Source of the DNA: Rhizodiscina lignyota
Lineage: Eukaryota
Length of the DNA stretch: 64,000 nt
Reading direction: 5' to 3'
NCBI GenBank assembly: GCA_010015805.1
Contig: ML978124.1
Location: forward strand, 1,116,001-1,180,000
Shown here: positions 36,064-49,063 of the stretch, piece by piece
How the letters are laid out: the number at the start of each line of letters is the position of its first letter
Numbering within the stretch: position 1 is the stretch's first letter
Program-made: the position numbers and the translations under genes
Notes under the pieces: model-generated
Told to the model about the DNA's origin: nothing
The model's database searches: none
The model's input: the letters and a program-made list of their open reading frames with translations, nothing else

Positions 36064-38435
36064 ACAGTAGAGCAAGCACTGCTGTATTTGGATATTCTCA
36101 CGTGCATACGACGGGATGCGGTCCACCTTTCCGCTCGCCGTTGAAGCTAGACTACCAAAGAAATCCCGCATAGACACGTCAACGTTATCTGAACGGTTGA
36201 GCACAAAACATGCGTCATGATGACCTGCCTATGGGGTTATCCATTCAGAATGTTCGCTTGAACGACGGGATGCTCCTGATGTACGGATTCAAGATAGATG
36301 ACCTCGATGTCCACTTTCAGGGAGCACACAAGTACCGAGTATTCGTAATGGCTCCAATGTCGAGGTGAATCAAAGTACACCTGGCCATTGACGCTAGGTA
36401 AAGTCGGTTGAAACTAGTGGTGCGGTTGAGGTGGCCTCCCTCGCGCGTAAACGCGTTGCTGTGGTACAGTTCAAGCGGAGAAAATGGCTCTTCGAGGAGC
36501 GTGATCCTAACACACGCACAAGAACGTCCACATTTCAAATGCGGACATGTGACGACTTGCAATTGCGTGTCGTTGACAGCCCGGCCTCAGTATGGTCCGC
36601 TTTAGAGTGAGTGCTAAAAGCTCAACACCTCGATGTCCACTCGTGTCGCAGGCAACAACCAAAGTCAGCCTTGGTGGATAGTCCCGCTTTTGAGTCTGGT
36701 CTGGTACTTCCCGTAGATAGAACGCGCAGTCCCATAGGGCTGAACTAGCGGTTAGCTTTCCCGTATGCACCCATCTCCAGTATGTAGGCTGAAAAGGTGG
36801 ACTCGGATACGGAAGACTGCACCACGAAGGTCTGGTCATGCTCGGCTTCTGCAGCTCGATCCGATCAGGAGTTGATAGCCTTTCCACATTGATCTACAGT
36901 ACGTCAGCTTGAAACATGCAAGAAACGAAACGAGAGGCTGACGGAAGCCTCAGGTCCGCTTTTTGCCAAGTGAGAGTATCGACCAGATATGCCGGTAGTA
37001 GCCGCGACCGGCGGTGTAAAAGCCACACTGCTCTCCTCAGCGATAGGGAATGTAGCATGTGGCGGCAGTATTGGTCTGGCAGGGGGGCATGATATACGAT
37101 TGGCAAATTTTATATATACTGAACCTTGAATGGTGTCACAAGCGCTGTGAGCGTGCCAAATCGGAAGAATCGATGCCCTAACGTGGCCGATCCGGCTCGA
37201 TCCAGTCACCACTCACGAGCGAGCCCATCTATTCTCCCGGAGAAAGTGTAGCGAGCTCGAGAAAACATGCACGCGGTTCATGCACAGAATTGAAAAGCGG
37301 GCCGAAACTCCCTCACCCCTGGTTCGCATAAGGAGCGGCTGGGCCACGCGCTGCTAATAACAGAGGGGCGTTGTGAGCACTGTGGAGACGGCGCGATCTG
37401 ATTGTACGAGTGTGGACGAGATGCCATGCCATTCGGCAGCCTACGCGTGTAAGAGAAAATTTTCAGCGCTCGACGCGCCAATGTCACGGTGGTGTTTGCG
37501 ATGCCTCCGGGATGGGTGGATGAGATAGGCAAGACGCAAGGACTGTCGTTGTGGGAGTGTTTTCGCATCCGGCAAATCGGGTTGGCGTGTGGACGATTAA
37601 GTCTGATGCCGCGAACGGGGTGTTATCGATTGTGTGCTATGGCGTTAGCACTAGACCGGTGACTCAAGGCCGCTGTGGAATTATACAAAGCGTCCGCTCG
37701 CTCTCCCGAGGCTGATAAGGCTCTTGTGCAACGGAAGATAGAGGTTCAGCGCCTGTTGTCACCATTCGACAGCATTTGCGTGTCTGTACAGAGCTGGCAG
37801 CGCGTGTGCTTTCTTTTGGCTGCCCCGCCTTCCAAAGTCAATTGCTGGCGAAAGCCCCACGTTCCGCGCACTGCGTTCTGCGCTGGATCCCCATATCACC
37901 ATTTATCCACCAGGGCAACCCTCGCGCCTGCTTCTGCCGGCGTCTGCCTCGACACTGGGCATCAAGGTACGTTTGGCAGCAACAGCGTCCAATTTAAAAA
38001 AAAAAAATAGAGCGGAATGTTAAAGAGGCCGTGTTTACTGCAGGAACGCGATAGTGCGATAAGGCCCACACGGTAACACGGTACAGCCAGCCGGGCCAGA
38101 CAAAGGGCGATATCACTTCCAACTTTGCCATAGCCGGCCACCAACTTTATAGATCGCTCGCCCCAAAGGCCAAAGCACGCCCGCCCTACATTCTGTGTCA
38201 CCGCTTCTTCGCTCGCGACTGCCAATCCTCATCTCCTGCGCGCCTGAAACACCATCGCATCGAATCGCAGCACGCGCCGACTGCATCGTTCCTGCCGCAC
38301 GCCTGATAAGCGCAATCGAACACCGCCTCGACGCCAGACGCGCGATCTGTGACGTGCCCGACGAATACGTCCAAGCGGCACCGGACCGCCCTTTCACCTT
38401 GCGTGTTTATTTTCTCTCGCTTACCGCCTCGCACC

Positions 38436-39584
38436 ATGGCTCACCACCAACGTCAGCTATCGAATGGTGGGCACTTGAAGAAGGCTCTCCCGTCCCATGG
38501 TAAAGGACTGAAGCCGGCCCCCCAGCCAAAGAAGGGCGCTGTCCAGAAGAGCGGGAAGAACGCTCCTGTGAAGGACGAAAGCGACGAGGAGATGGCAGCC
38601 AGCTTTTTGCCGTATTGGTGAGTCAATTGCTGATCGTCCGGATTAATTCGGTGGACATGTCGCTGACGAATTCATTGTTGCAGCACGTATTGCGAGAAGC
38701 AAATCATGACACCAGTCAACTCTGTGCTGTACTGTTCAGAAAGGTAAACATTGGGAGCTCATGAAGTTTATATTTGCAGGAGCTAATCTTTATCAAGTTG
38801 CAAACGAAAAGACCGCGATCAAAAGACAGTCTATTCAGTCGAGCAACACTCGCCCCCCCTAACCCCCTACACCAGAACCTTCTCCTTCGAAGACCTTCCG
38901 AACGTCCCTGATATCGTCCCAAAACGCTCGCCGACCTCCGCAAACATGAGCCAGAACCGCTACTCCTTCTCCTCCCTCTCTGATGAAGATCACCCCCACT
39001 CCTCAGAAGAAGACCGAAGACCGCAATTACCCCTCCAGCATTCAGAAGCTTCGAGATACCTTCGTCAATTCCACTACACGAACGGCATGACAACAATTGA
39101 CGAGGCCAAACCGTCAAGACCGCGATTACACCGAGCCGCCCAGTCACAGAACGCCATCAGCATTGCACCCTCCCTCTCACACACCCCTGCCTCCTACATG
39201 ACGAGCGGAATGTCGATGCCATACACGCCCCAGTCTATCAACACCGCAAACTACTTCTCCAACGCGCATCCTCTTCCCTCTCGTCACCATCCTCACAGTG
39301 CTGCGTCGTACGGCGCCAAGTCGATCGGGCTCGTCACGCCTTTCACAACGATGACTGCGCCCGAGACGACTTCTCAGCGAATACTGGGACTGAAAACGTC
39401 ACCGACAACAGCCACGAGTAGTCACACCTGGGTCGAGGGGGAGATGATGCAGTACGAGAAGAAGAGCCTGGACATGATAAGGGAGAGGTCCCTAAGTGCT
39501 AGTGCGAGCGCCAGCAAAGGCAGTTTAAAGAAGTTGTTTGCATTTGAAGAAATGAGCGCACCTCCGTCCCGTTCTGAGCTTTGA
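38436..39584 (+). CDS. Ecl1-family (life-span regulatory factor) protein; exons 38436-38617, 38684-38743, 38798-39584
   Basis: Spliced Cys motif FLPYCTYCEKQIMTPVNSVLYCSESCKRKD, followed by DIVPKRSPT and a Ser/Pro-rich tail. Confidence 0.8.
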
Positions 39585-39980
39585 GCATTTAGTTCATCAG
39601 CGTTATGTTTTACATTGATTTTTTCGCTTCCTTTCATGGATGCATAATGAGGAGGCCATCTGAGTCCTTTTGTTTCTCTTTGAAGCATACACCGCATAGG
39701 TACCAGATTGACGCAAAACTGGTCCTGGTTACCTTGGAGTCTGGTTTGCGGGATCTACTTCTCCGGCGCTGATCTGGAATCGGCGCTCACATATTAGAGG
39801 CGGCATAAAAGCTGGCGCTATGACTTGTTTTGGTTTCTGAACCTTTTGCTCGCTGGCTTTAGCCACATTTAAGGTCACTTTCGACCTATTCGCTACGTTG
39901 ATACCTTTACGACCAAACGATTAACCCAGTTGAGCGGGTGTGAATATACATTGTATAAATCTATGTCTATGCTTCTAAGG

Positions 39981-41300
39981 TCATTTACCTTCCGATCTTA
40001 TTGTGACGTGCTCTCGCTTCAGGTCCTTTCTATCTTCCGGCGAAGACCATGCCGCAGCAGGTCCAGCCTGGTCCGTCTCCGTGATCGTGTCATTATACAC
40101 TTGGATCTCGTCATCTTGCGGCTCCTCTGTCCGGACGCGCTCGACGTCTCCTTCCTCTTCCACATACGTCCCACGAATGAGTCTCATCCTCTCTCGACGT
40201 TGGTCAACCCTCCGCCTCCATGGCCTGTACAGCAGCACACTCACTAGTCCGAAGAACACGAACGATCCGCATATCGCGCCGCCGATGATGTCGTAGTTGT
40301 CCCCAGCAGCGGCTACGCCATCCCAGAACTTCCCACTCGGCTGCGCAACGTTCAGCACGAGCGTAAGGAGCTGGATCACGCCAATTACACAAGCGACGAT
40401 GATGGTCACCCCTGTCAGTACGATGCTATAGTATGTGATCGCAATCCGATCCCTCGCCAGCACCGTACTCGTGTACAGCGCCATCATGAGCGCGCCGTCG
40501 GTCGTGTCAAGCAGACACATGCCCGCCGTGAAAAGAATCGGGAACAACAGTATCAGCCAAAACGACGTCCCCTGCGCAGCCTGGATCGACGAGATGCCCA
40601 ACAGGGCAATCTCACTCGACGTATCAAACCCCAAGCCAAACAGCACGCCCAAGGGATACATCTTCCACGGGCGGTCAATCAGCTTAAACATCCTCTTGAA
40701 GACATGATACAGGCACCCTGCGCCCTGGATCTGGAAATGCTCCTCCTCTTGCTCCTCCGGCGAGTCCACCATCCGCCGCAGCTGCACCACCAGCTTGTAC
40801 AGGATGTACATGTTCATCACGCCCAGCAGGATCAGGAACGCCGCAGACACAGACGTGCCGATGATGCCGCCCACATAGCTGAAGTTGTTGAAGTGCTTGC
40901 TCACGGCGCTGGCCGTCGCCGCAACGACGATGGAGGTCACAATGACGATGGTGCTGTGCCCGAGGCTGAAAAAGGTCCCCACGGTGACGGGGCGCTGGCC
41001 TGCGGCGATGAGGCGCCGCGTCATGAGGTCGATGGCGGAGATGTGGTCTGCGTCGAGGGCATGGCGGAGCCCGAGGGTGTATGCGAGGACGGCGGTGGAG
41101 ATGAGGCGCGAGTGGAAGTGCAGGACGATGCCAATTGCAGCCCAGGCGATGACATTGACGAGGATCAGGAAGAGTATTATCGCAATAGCTGGGAAGGGGA
41201 GTTTCCTTAGGCCGGGGAGCTTGCCGTGGTAGGACGCGAGCTTCTGAGATAGGGAGGGGCGGAGGGGGAGGCTCTGCACTGAGACGATGGGGGAAGACAT
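39981..41300 (-). CDS. High-affinity nickel/cobalt transporter (NiCoT, Nic1-like)
   Basis: Signature GLRHALDADHISAID, FFSLGHSTIV, LGFDTSSE and AGMCLLDTTDG, with multiple hydrophobic segments. Confidence 0.93.
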   Translation of the reverse strand: MSSPIVSVQSLPLRPSLSQKLASYHGKLPGLRKLPFPAIAIILFLILVNVIAWAAIGIVLHFHSRLISTAVLAYTLGLRHALDADHISAIDLMTRRLIAAGQRPVTVGTFFSLGHSTIVIVTSIVVAATASAVSKHFNNFSYVGGIIGTSVSAAFLILLGVMNMYILYKLVVQLRRMVDSPEEQEEEHFQIQGAGCLYHVFKRMFKLIDRPWKMYPLGVLFGLGFDTSSEIALLGISSIQAAQGTSFWLILLFPILFTAGMCLLDTTDGALMMALYTSTVLARDRIAITYYSIVLTGVTIIVACVIGVIQLLTLVLNVAQPSGKFWDGVAAAGDNYDIIGGAICGSFVFFGLVSVLLYRPWRRRVDQRRERMRLIRGTYVEEEGDVERVRTEEPQDDEIQVYNDTITETDQAGPAAAWSSPEDRKDLKREHVTIRSEGK

Positions 41301-41821
41301 TGTGGGTTAGAGAGATGGCAAGGTCGACTGAAGGAAGGGTTGTAAGACAATTGATGCCTTACGAGAGTATTGAAGGTGAAGTTCACGATATCAGGTAGCT
41401 CTCGTGCGAGTATGGCTTAGGAATGTTTACCAAGAAAGACGTGATGTGGGGTAAACCATCGAGGTCGGCGAGGTACTTTGTAGAGGTGGGGCAGTTCAGC
41501 ATGCCCGATTCCGCATACCCACAAGTGCATGAGACGAAATGTGATTCTACATGCTGCGGCCGCACAGAGTCGCCTTAGCTTCCGACTCGAGCATGTCGAT
41601 AGGTTCGAGCGGGTTTGATGTCAACTTGTGTCTACTCAAGCTCGCCGACCTTGTACTGCCAGAACATATATAATCAGTATTTAAACCTCGGTGACTGTCG
41701 GTATACTGCAATCGACATGAATATAGATTAAGTTGAGATATTTACTAGAATAATCTCGGACAAGCGAAGAGAAATCGAGCTCTCTTGCTCCGACTTTTTC
41801 GGACCGATGTGTTGTGAGTAT

Positions 41822-43473
41822 TTAATCGTATCGTACAAGGCAAAGAGTAGCGTTCGTCCCGCCAAATCCGAAGCTGTTGGACAGCGCAACAGAGATGGGT
41901 TTCTGCTGAGCCTCTTTGGCAACGTAATTGCAATTGAAGTCTTCCGGAGGGTCTCCTGGATGCTCCAAGTTGAGCGTAGGCGGCAATGTACCCTGCGCTG
42001 GTTTAGCTAGTAATCCAAATGGGCTCAAAGACAACTGTTATACTTCGCAAAGAGCCATGATAGTGAATATAGCCTCAACTGAGCCAGCTGCACCAAGTAA
42101 ATGCCCAATAGCTCCTTTTGTGCTACTGATATTCACGTCTGATGCCTTCTCGCGGCCATTCTCGCCTAAGAGTAGGTTCTTGATGGCAAGGTTTTCGGCA
42201 GCGTCGCCTAAAGGTGTAGAGGTTGCGTGTGCATTGACATAATCCACAGCTGCCGGTGTGAGTTGAGCATGTTTCAATGCTCGCTTCATGGACAGATAAG
42301 GCCCTTCACCGTCTTCCCGAGGAGCGGTCATGTGATATGCATCTGCAGACAGACCGTAGCCCTTGACTTCGGCGTAGATATGGGCACCTCTTCTCTTTGC
42401 ATGCTCTAGCTCCTGTGTTCATATCAGCGCCGGATCTTCGAGGGAATAGAATGCTCGTACTTCCAGCACCACCACGCCAGCGCCCTCTGCGATCACGAAT
42501 CCCCCTCTATCTCTGTCAAAGGGTCTTGACGCGAGATGTGGTGTGTCATTCCATTCCGTAGCGAGGCTTCTCGCTCTGGCGAAGCCTGCCACTGCCAGAG
42601 GATGGATGCAGGACTCTGCACCTCCAGCAACCATCACATCAGCATCGCCGAAAGTGATGAGTCGAGAAGCATCTCCGATAGCGTGAGCTCCGGTGGTGCA
42701 AGCAGTCGTGGCAGCATGATTTGGGCCCTGATGGATATTAGAGTCGAGTCGAACGAGGGAGTAAAACGCATACCTTGAAGCCAAATCTCATTGAAATATG
42801 TCCGGCCGCCAGATTTATGAGTAACCTGGGGACGAATAGCGGTGACACTTTCTTGTAGCCCTGAAATAATTAGACGGCGCACAATCTTGACGAGGGGCAA
42901 ACTCACGCCTTTGTCGTAAGCTATTGACGTGTTGTAGACCTCTTCGAAGCTGCCAATTCCAGATCCAATATAGACACCCTAGCATGGCCATAAATAAGAC
43001 TCCAGAGTAGAATATGAGCTGGTGATGAAACTGACAGTGGCTTCGAGGTCATCTTCAGCCTTTGGTTGCCATCCCGAGTCATGTAAAGCTTCTTCTGAGG
43101 CTGCCATAGCATACTGCGCAAATAGCGCCATCTTTCGCTCTTCCTGTAATGATGTTCGTGAGCAATAGGTTCTACCATTACCAGTAATTGCTTAGCTTAC
43201 TCCTGGCTGTAGATATTCCTTTGCGTTCCACATGCCATTGTCTCGGCTCCCCTTTGGCACAACTGCTGCCACCTGACTTGGAAGTGCTCTGAACGCGCTG
43301 TCTGTCTTTGCAATATTGACAACGCCGCATTCGCCGTTTATGAGTCTCTTCCAACTTCGCCGAACCCCTGGACACTGTGAGCTCGTTGGAGCAAAGAATA
43401 TGGAAGTCATCAAATGCTCACCCATGCTTAAGGGGGTCACAGCCCCCAGGCCCGTGACTACCACTCTTCGCAT
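41822..43473 (-). CDS. CEM1: Mitochondrial 3-oxoacyl-ACP synthase (KAS II/Cem1), multi-exon
   Basis: [15 protein letters not shown] start, catalytic [39 protein letters not shown] and [11 protein letters not shown], distributed over exons with GT-AG introns. Confidence 0.93.
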
Positions 43474-43875
43474 GGCATCGTATCTGATGTGATTTTACTC
43501 CAGAAAGTCCGGGTATGAACGAGACACAGTTCGACCTGTCCTACGAAGTTGACGCCTCACCCGTGTGGACGCTCTGGAAAGGTTGGTGAAAACGCAACTG
43601 TCCGAGACAATGGTACAAATACGAAAGGAAAGTGGCGCTTAGGATATCTGCAGGACTATGTTTTGTTTGTGCAGATGATCCTATATGAAAATGTTTGGAT
43701 ATGTAGGCAAAGTCGTGATGCTGATTTCTACATGATGGAGGAAGCCAAATGCGGCAACATTCCGCACGCCACAAGCTCTCTCCAAGTTCCTCCACCTCTT
43801 CAGCCTTCAGCAACGATATTCATGCCACATTCTACATCAGCAGAGGCTGCCTCATCTTCGCACTCCGGTTCGAAG

Positions 43876-45105
43876 ATGGGCAGCTCGGTCCCTCACATAC
43901 CGGGAATCCTCGCGGAGCCTGGACTCGCAGAGAACTTCCGACGAGAAGTCGCAGATCTACTTGGTCGAAACAACCGTGGCTTCCCAGGCGCGCAGCCTGT
44001 CAGCTTCGCGCGAAATCATTTCGAAGAGCTTCATAGACGGGAGTGAGTTATTATCCTTCTCACGGTCGCGCTCCGCGGTCATCAATGCTGTCTGTGCTAA
44101 CGCGCCGCGTGCTACAGTTACTGGCTATGCGAAAAGACCGATGGGATCCGATGCCTCCTCTACTGCACATCCGACGATGATGGCTCCGAGTTACACTACC
44201 TTATAGACCGTCGTAATGATTACTACTTTGTAAAAGGTATCCATTTGCCTCACCATGAGGACCCAGACCTGAAGAAGTTTCACGACGGCACGCTTATTGA
44301 TGGAGAATTGGTCAACGATCACATAGGAGGGGAAGTTAAGATGCGATATTTGGCATTTGATATACTTGCGCTGGATGGGAAAAGTGTGATGGACCGTACC
44401 TTTGCAAAGAGACTGGCGTTATTGAGAGAATATGTCATTTCTCCATACAAAAGGCTCAAGGAACGGTGGCCTGCGGACTTTGCATTGATGGTCTTCGAAA
44501 TCATGTTCAAGAAGATGGAGAAGCCGTACGGCACGGAGATGATGTTTAAGCAGGTGATGCCTTCGCTTCCGCACGGCAATGATGGCCTCATCTTCCAATG
44601 CGCCGAAACACCGTACGTCAGCGGAACGGATCAGCACATACTAAAATGGAAACCGCCGCACGAAAACACAATCGACTTCTTACTACGATTGGGAGACTTC
44701 CCAATGGTCGATCCTGGCGGCGGTGAAGAACCATTCCCCGATTACGACGCCAAACCCACGATCCTGCTCTACGTCAATGGTGGCAACCACAATTACGAGG
44801 AGTTTGCGCCTCTCTACATCACTGATGAGGAATGGGAGGCCATGAAGGCAATAGATGAAGTCCTCGATCAGCGCATAATCGAATGCTACAAAGACGAGCA
44901 AGGGCGGTGGAGGTATAAGAAAGATGAAAATGGTCGGACGTTCCGCCCGAGGTTCCGCGACGACAAGCCGGACGCAAACCACAAAAGCACTGTCGGGAAG
45001 GTCCTTGAGGCGATTGATGATGGCGTTACCGAAGCGGACTTGGAAAAATGTGTTGGAACCGTGAAGGCAGCGTGGAAGAAGAGACATCCTGAGGAATCGA
45101 GGTGA
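43876..45105 (+). CDS. CEG1: mRNA capping enzyme alpha subunit (guanylyltransferase); exons 43876-44042, 44118-45105
   Basis: FPGAQPVSF, motif I CEKTDG, TLIDGELV, YLAFD, HGNDGLIF, ILKWKPPHENTIDF and RFRDDKPDAN. The start could alternatively be ATG 43822. Confidence 0.93.
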
Positions 45106-45784
45106 CAGATGATCTCTGGGAGTTGGAGTTCCATCGGCGTTCGTTCTCAAGATCCTTTGCAGCTTATTATTTTCATGAGAAAGGGTCTGGCCAAGGCGTT
45201 GATTCATGCAATGGGATATGATACCCTGGAGAGCAGCTGGAGGCATGGCTGGTTTTGGATTGTTGTCTTAGCGATTCGCACGATAGCGGAGCTCCGAATG
45301 CATGCTATATCCGTGTCACGCCCTATGCGTATCCGGGTTATAGGTTTTGCGCCTCATGAGTAGGTCTGGCGTCTGTGAGACTTACAAATTTTATTTCGGT
45401 GCTTCGCGAATTCGAATGACACCCTCCTCGCGGCACAAACGAAGCGACCTCCCGAAGCCTTAATAATATGTAGACGAATAGCGTCGACCAACGAACGCCA
45501 CGGGATACAGGCTGAACCTATCTTTCCACTCCAGGAACGCAGCACATGCGATAGGCGATTCCTTCGATGCATGACGTCTTTTTGCATTGGATAAGAATTC
45601 CTTCAAGAAAGAATTCCAAAAGCCTGGAGCACGGTTTAAGCTCGACTGTCGGGCCGATGGCGAGACCGACGCTGTATTTAAAGCTTAAGAGACACCCTAG
45701 CAATCCATTTCATATTCGCACTTGATAATTGAAAACCAATTCATCTGTCCAAGGGTTCACTAAACCAGCAAACCAGTCTTCAAA

Positions 45785-46394
45785 ATGGTCACTCGCATCA
45801 ATCTCGCATATACCGGCCCTGTCAATCCTCCGGGCGCCAAACCAGTCTTGAGCCTCCAGCAAGTGTGGCAGGGCTTGGAACGAAAAGTCCGATATGCGCA
45901 AGAATTTGTCCCGGTGATTGAAAGCTGCAAAGTCACCCGAGAAGAGGGCGTGGAAGTGGATCGCTATGTCATTTTCAAGCCTCAAGACGGTGCTGAGCAC
46001 GGAAAGGAGGGCGAGTCGGTTCACGAACTCGTACGTCTGTATGAGCCTTGCAAGGTAAGCCTCTCGAACAAACATGCAATTTCAGTGAGGAAAATTTGCA
46101 AAACCAAAGTCAATCGCATTCCGTTTGTTCAGGAAATCAACTCACGACGCGTAGGTCGACTTCGCTAGAGATGATGGCTCATTGGTCTGCAACATCGTCG
46201 CAGATGGTCCAGCTGGAACAACGGAAGACCTCCAGATGACATATAGCTTCGAGTTGAAGTTCCCTGACATCAAGGAGGGTGACACCAAGGCGATTGAGGA
46301 GATGAGGAAGAAGCAGCAGGGAATGGCTAAGACGGCGGTGGAGTCAAGCATCAAGACGATCCGGGAGATGGTGACTGACGGCAGAATCAAATGA
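45785..46394 (+). CDS. DUF1857/AtaL-like SRPBCC protein (exons 45785-46054, 46155-46394)
   Basis: YTGPVNPPGAKPVLSLQQVWQGLERKVRYAQEFVPVIESC...K|VDF...NIVADGP...LQMTYSFE...AVESSIKTIREMV. Confidence 0.8.
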
Positions 46395-46583
46395 GTTTCT
46401 CTCTCACCATTACTTCGAGAGGCAATGATCGTTAATGAATTATATTCATGATGATGCGTATTGCTTCCGCATGTAGTTACTGGTTTGACACTGAGTCGAT
46501 TGCTTCAGCATGCCTGCATCTCGTTACGGATTAGATATGAAAGTTAGTCATTGAAGTCGTCATTTCCAAAAGTAGCCTATCCT

Positions 46584-47318
46584 TCAGGCGTTGTCCGTTT
46601 CCTGCTCCGCCTTTTCCACGCCCTCCCCTTCAACTTTCGAACTGTCTCCACCCATCTCATCGACAACCTTCTTGACAACGTCCACTGTCGCTTTAGGACC
46701 GCCTCCCTCGCAAGCAAGGACTTTCCCGTCTTTGGCAATGACAAAGACACCGCGCTTAGTTCCCTTTGGCGCTTTGGCCATACCAATCGCTCTGATCAAA
46801 GAATATGAGGGATCGCAGAGTAGCGGATATGGCAGCTTCTGTTTGGTCTTGAAAGCGGTGTTCGCCTTGGGCGAGTCGGATGAGAGACCGTAGATGCTCA
46901 GTCCTGTGACCGTGAGAGGTTCATACGCGTCACGAAAGAGGCATGCTTGGGTTGTGCCTAGATATAGCATGTCAGTATCAGCTGGAAGTATATCGGTGAT
47001 GAGACTGGCAAACTTACAGCCTGGGGTCGAAGCCTTAGGATATGTAAATAGCACAATTCCTGCCTCGCTTTCATCGACTAGCTGCTTCAAAGAAGTCTTG
47101 CTGCCGTCGTGAGTCTCGACTTCACCGCCAAATGCTGCCAGGTCGATAGTCTGTCCAACTATGGGAGCTTCTGCAGCAGGCGCTTTGTCATTAATTGCGC
47201 CCTCGACCTTTTCAATGACGGCATTCTTCACTTTGGCCAACTTGCTTGTCGCAGTGGTCTTCTTTGTCGGCTTCTCCGGAGCTGGAGGAGGCTCCTTGCG
47301 CTTACGGAGCTCAACCAT
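46584..47318 (-). CDS. DOT5: Peroxiredoxin Q/BCP (Dot5-like); intron 47017-46958
   Basis: After removing a 60-nt GTAAGT..CTGAC..TAG intron the active site reads FTYPKASTPGCTTQACLFRD. YPLLCDP and RGVFVI are present, with a basic N-terminus. Confidence 0.88.
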   Translation of the reverse strand: MVELRKRKEPPPAPEKPTKKTTATSKLAKVKNAVIEKVEGAINDKAPAAEAPIVGQTIDLAAFGGEVETHDGSKTSLKQLVDESEAGIVLFTYPKASTPGCKFASLITDILPADTDMLYLGTTQACLFRDAYEPLTVTGLSIYGLSSDSPKANTAFKTKQKLPYPLLCDPSYSLIRAIGMAKAPKGTKRGVFVIAKDGKVLACEGGGPKATVDVVKKVVDEMGGDSSKVEGEGVEKAEQETDNA

Positions 47319-49063
47319 GTTGATCGCGTTAAGGGTCTAACTGTCAAATATGAGGATAATTGCTTGTAGGAACATCGCGCTACAACGAAAAAGCTTGCAA
47401 TTCAAAAATCATACACGAGGATGCGAATGCGACAGTTTGCGACACAAGCAATGGCTTGTCCAACTCGTATAGCGGGCATAGAAGACGGCGCGAGGCTGAA
47501 AGGAAGATGAAGACGTACGTTAAAGACCTTCTGGGTCGACTTTCGAGGTTCAGATAGCGAGATGGTCTTGTCCAAGCACACGCACAGCTCGATGAAATGC
47601 GAAATCCTACCTCATAGCAAGCGCTGCTTCAAGTGAAGTCAGGCTTCACTCGGAGCACACCGCTAGGGGAAAGCTTGCTGTGCTCCCCCAGCCATGCGCG
47701 CTCCTGCTGCGGCAGCCGGAGGCGTTTCGGGCGGGCATTTCTAAGCTTTGGCGAAAGGCGCTGATTGGCAAGAGTCAGGGAATGCAAGTGTTTGATCCGC
47801 AAACCTGCGCGATCTGCCAGGCGCATCGGTGAGTTGCCAGGGCGTCGGGGGACTCTGCAAGCTTCCGTGTGGCGTTTTTGTACCTTGTTGCTCGGAGACG
47901 TCCATCTTACTGTGGGACTTTCTTTATCTTGTCTTCATACATAACACACACCATATAGCGCTATTGCTTTGGTTTCCCATATCAAGTTTGCGTTATGCAC
48001 ACTCGCAGTAGGTAAATCAGACTGTGCCATGCACCGTTTGGGAGAAGAGCCTCTGGAACGGACGCTTCGATGACACTACATTATGCTTCCCATTGAGCTT
48101 GAATTCTTCATCTGTCTTGTTTACTTTGAACAGTGATAACTTTCCTTGCTGTATTATGGATAGATTGCGGATATGTCTTTCGTCTTCTTTCATTCGACAC
48201 CGAGGTTGCTAATCTCCCCTTTCTCCGTTCAGCACGGCTCCACCAGACGAGCTCTAGCGGAGAGGCAATATCAGATTACAAACAAGTCCTGCCTACGGCA
48301 AGAACATTTAGAGTCCAACGGTTCGCGAGGCTGACACGGACAGATATTCGGTAGTAGCTTATATACGGAATCACGACCAATCAAACTGGACAAATGCATC
48401 AAAACACGACCTATAACTCGACGAGCAAGGACTCCTAAGCATTCTGGATGTATAAAAGGCAAGATACATTGGATGCCAAAAGACCAGCGGCGGTATCTTA
48501 TCTTGTTGATGGCCATTAAGCCAGGCGCTCCGCCCTAGCAGAGCGTGATGCTCAGCAGATAGTTCGGCGACGGGGACATCCTTCGACGGCGTCACTTCCC
48601 CAGCTGGCACGGTGTAATTCAGGATCCTCTTTGCGGAACCTAGTCCTCGTGTGCCCGGATATCGGTATTGGAATTACATCTTCGCTTTTTCCGAGTGGAT
48701 GTCCTGATAGCATTTCAGCGGCACCCATTTCACGGGCACGCGGTAGACTTCCCCGCCCTTATCAAGATAACATTTCTGGAATCAATCAGAGGCGGCTGGG
48801 ATATCGATTATCTTCCTTGTTAGAGGCCGGTGTGCATCACATTCCCGACATCTTGGACTGGCTGTGGTGATGGCACGCGCGAACAGTGGCGGGGCCACAG
48901 CGACGTTGGATTCAGTTCTGATCACCCTCGCTCCTCCATCCTCTCTCTCTCCCCAACATCCTTCAACGTCACACTAAGAACAAAGTCATCAACATTTGTC
49001 AAAAGCAAAGATTGAAGACATACTATCAAACATCAACATTTCAGCACTATCTGTACCATATAG

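Noticed and set aside
37996..38007. A12 tract as a retroelement tail
   Set aside because: No target-site duplication or element body was visible; probably a promoter poly(dA) tract.
39981..47318. Biosynthetic gene cluster around the ketosynthase
   Set aside because: The KS is a stand-alone mitochondrial-type Cem1, and its neighbours (CEG1, DOT5, NiCoT) are unrelated housekeeping genes.
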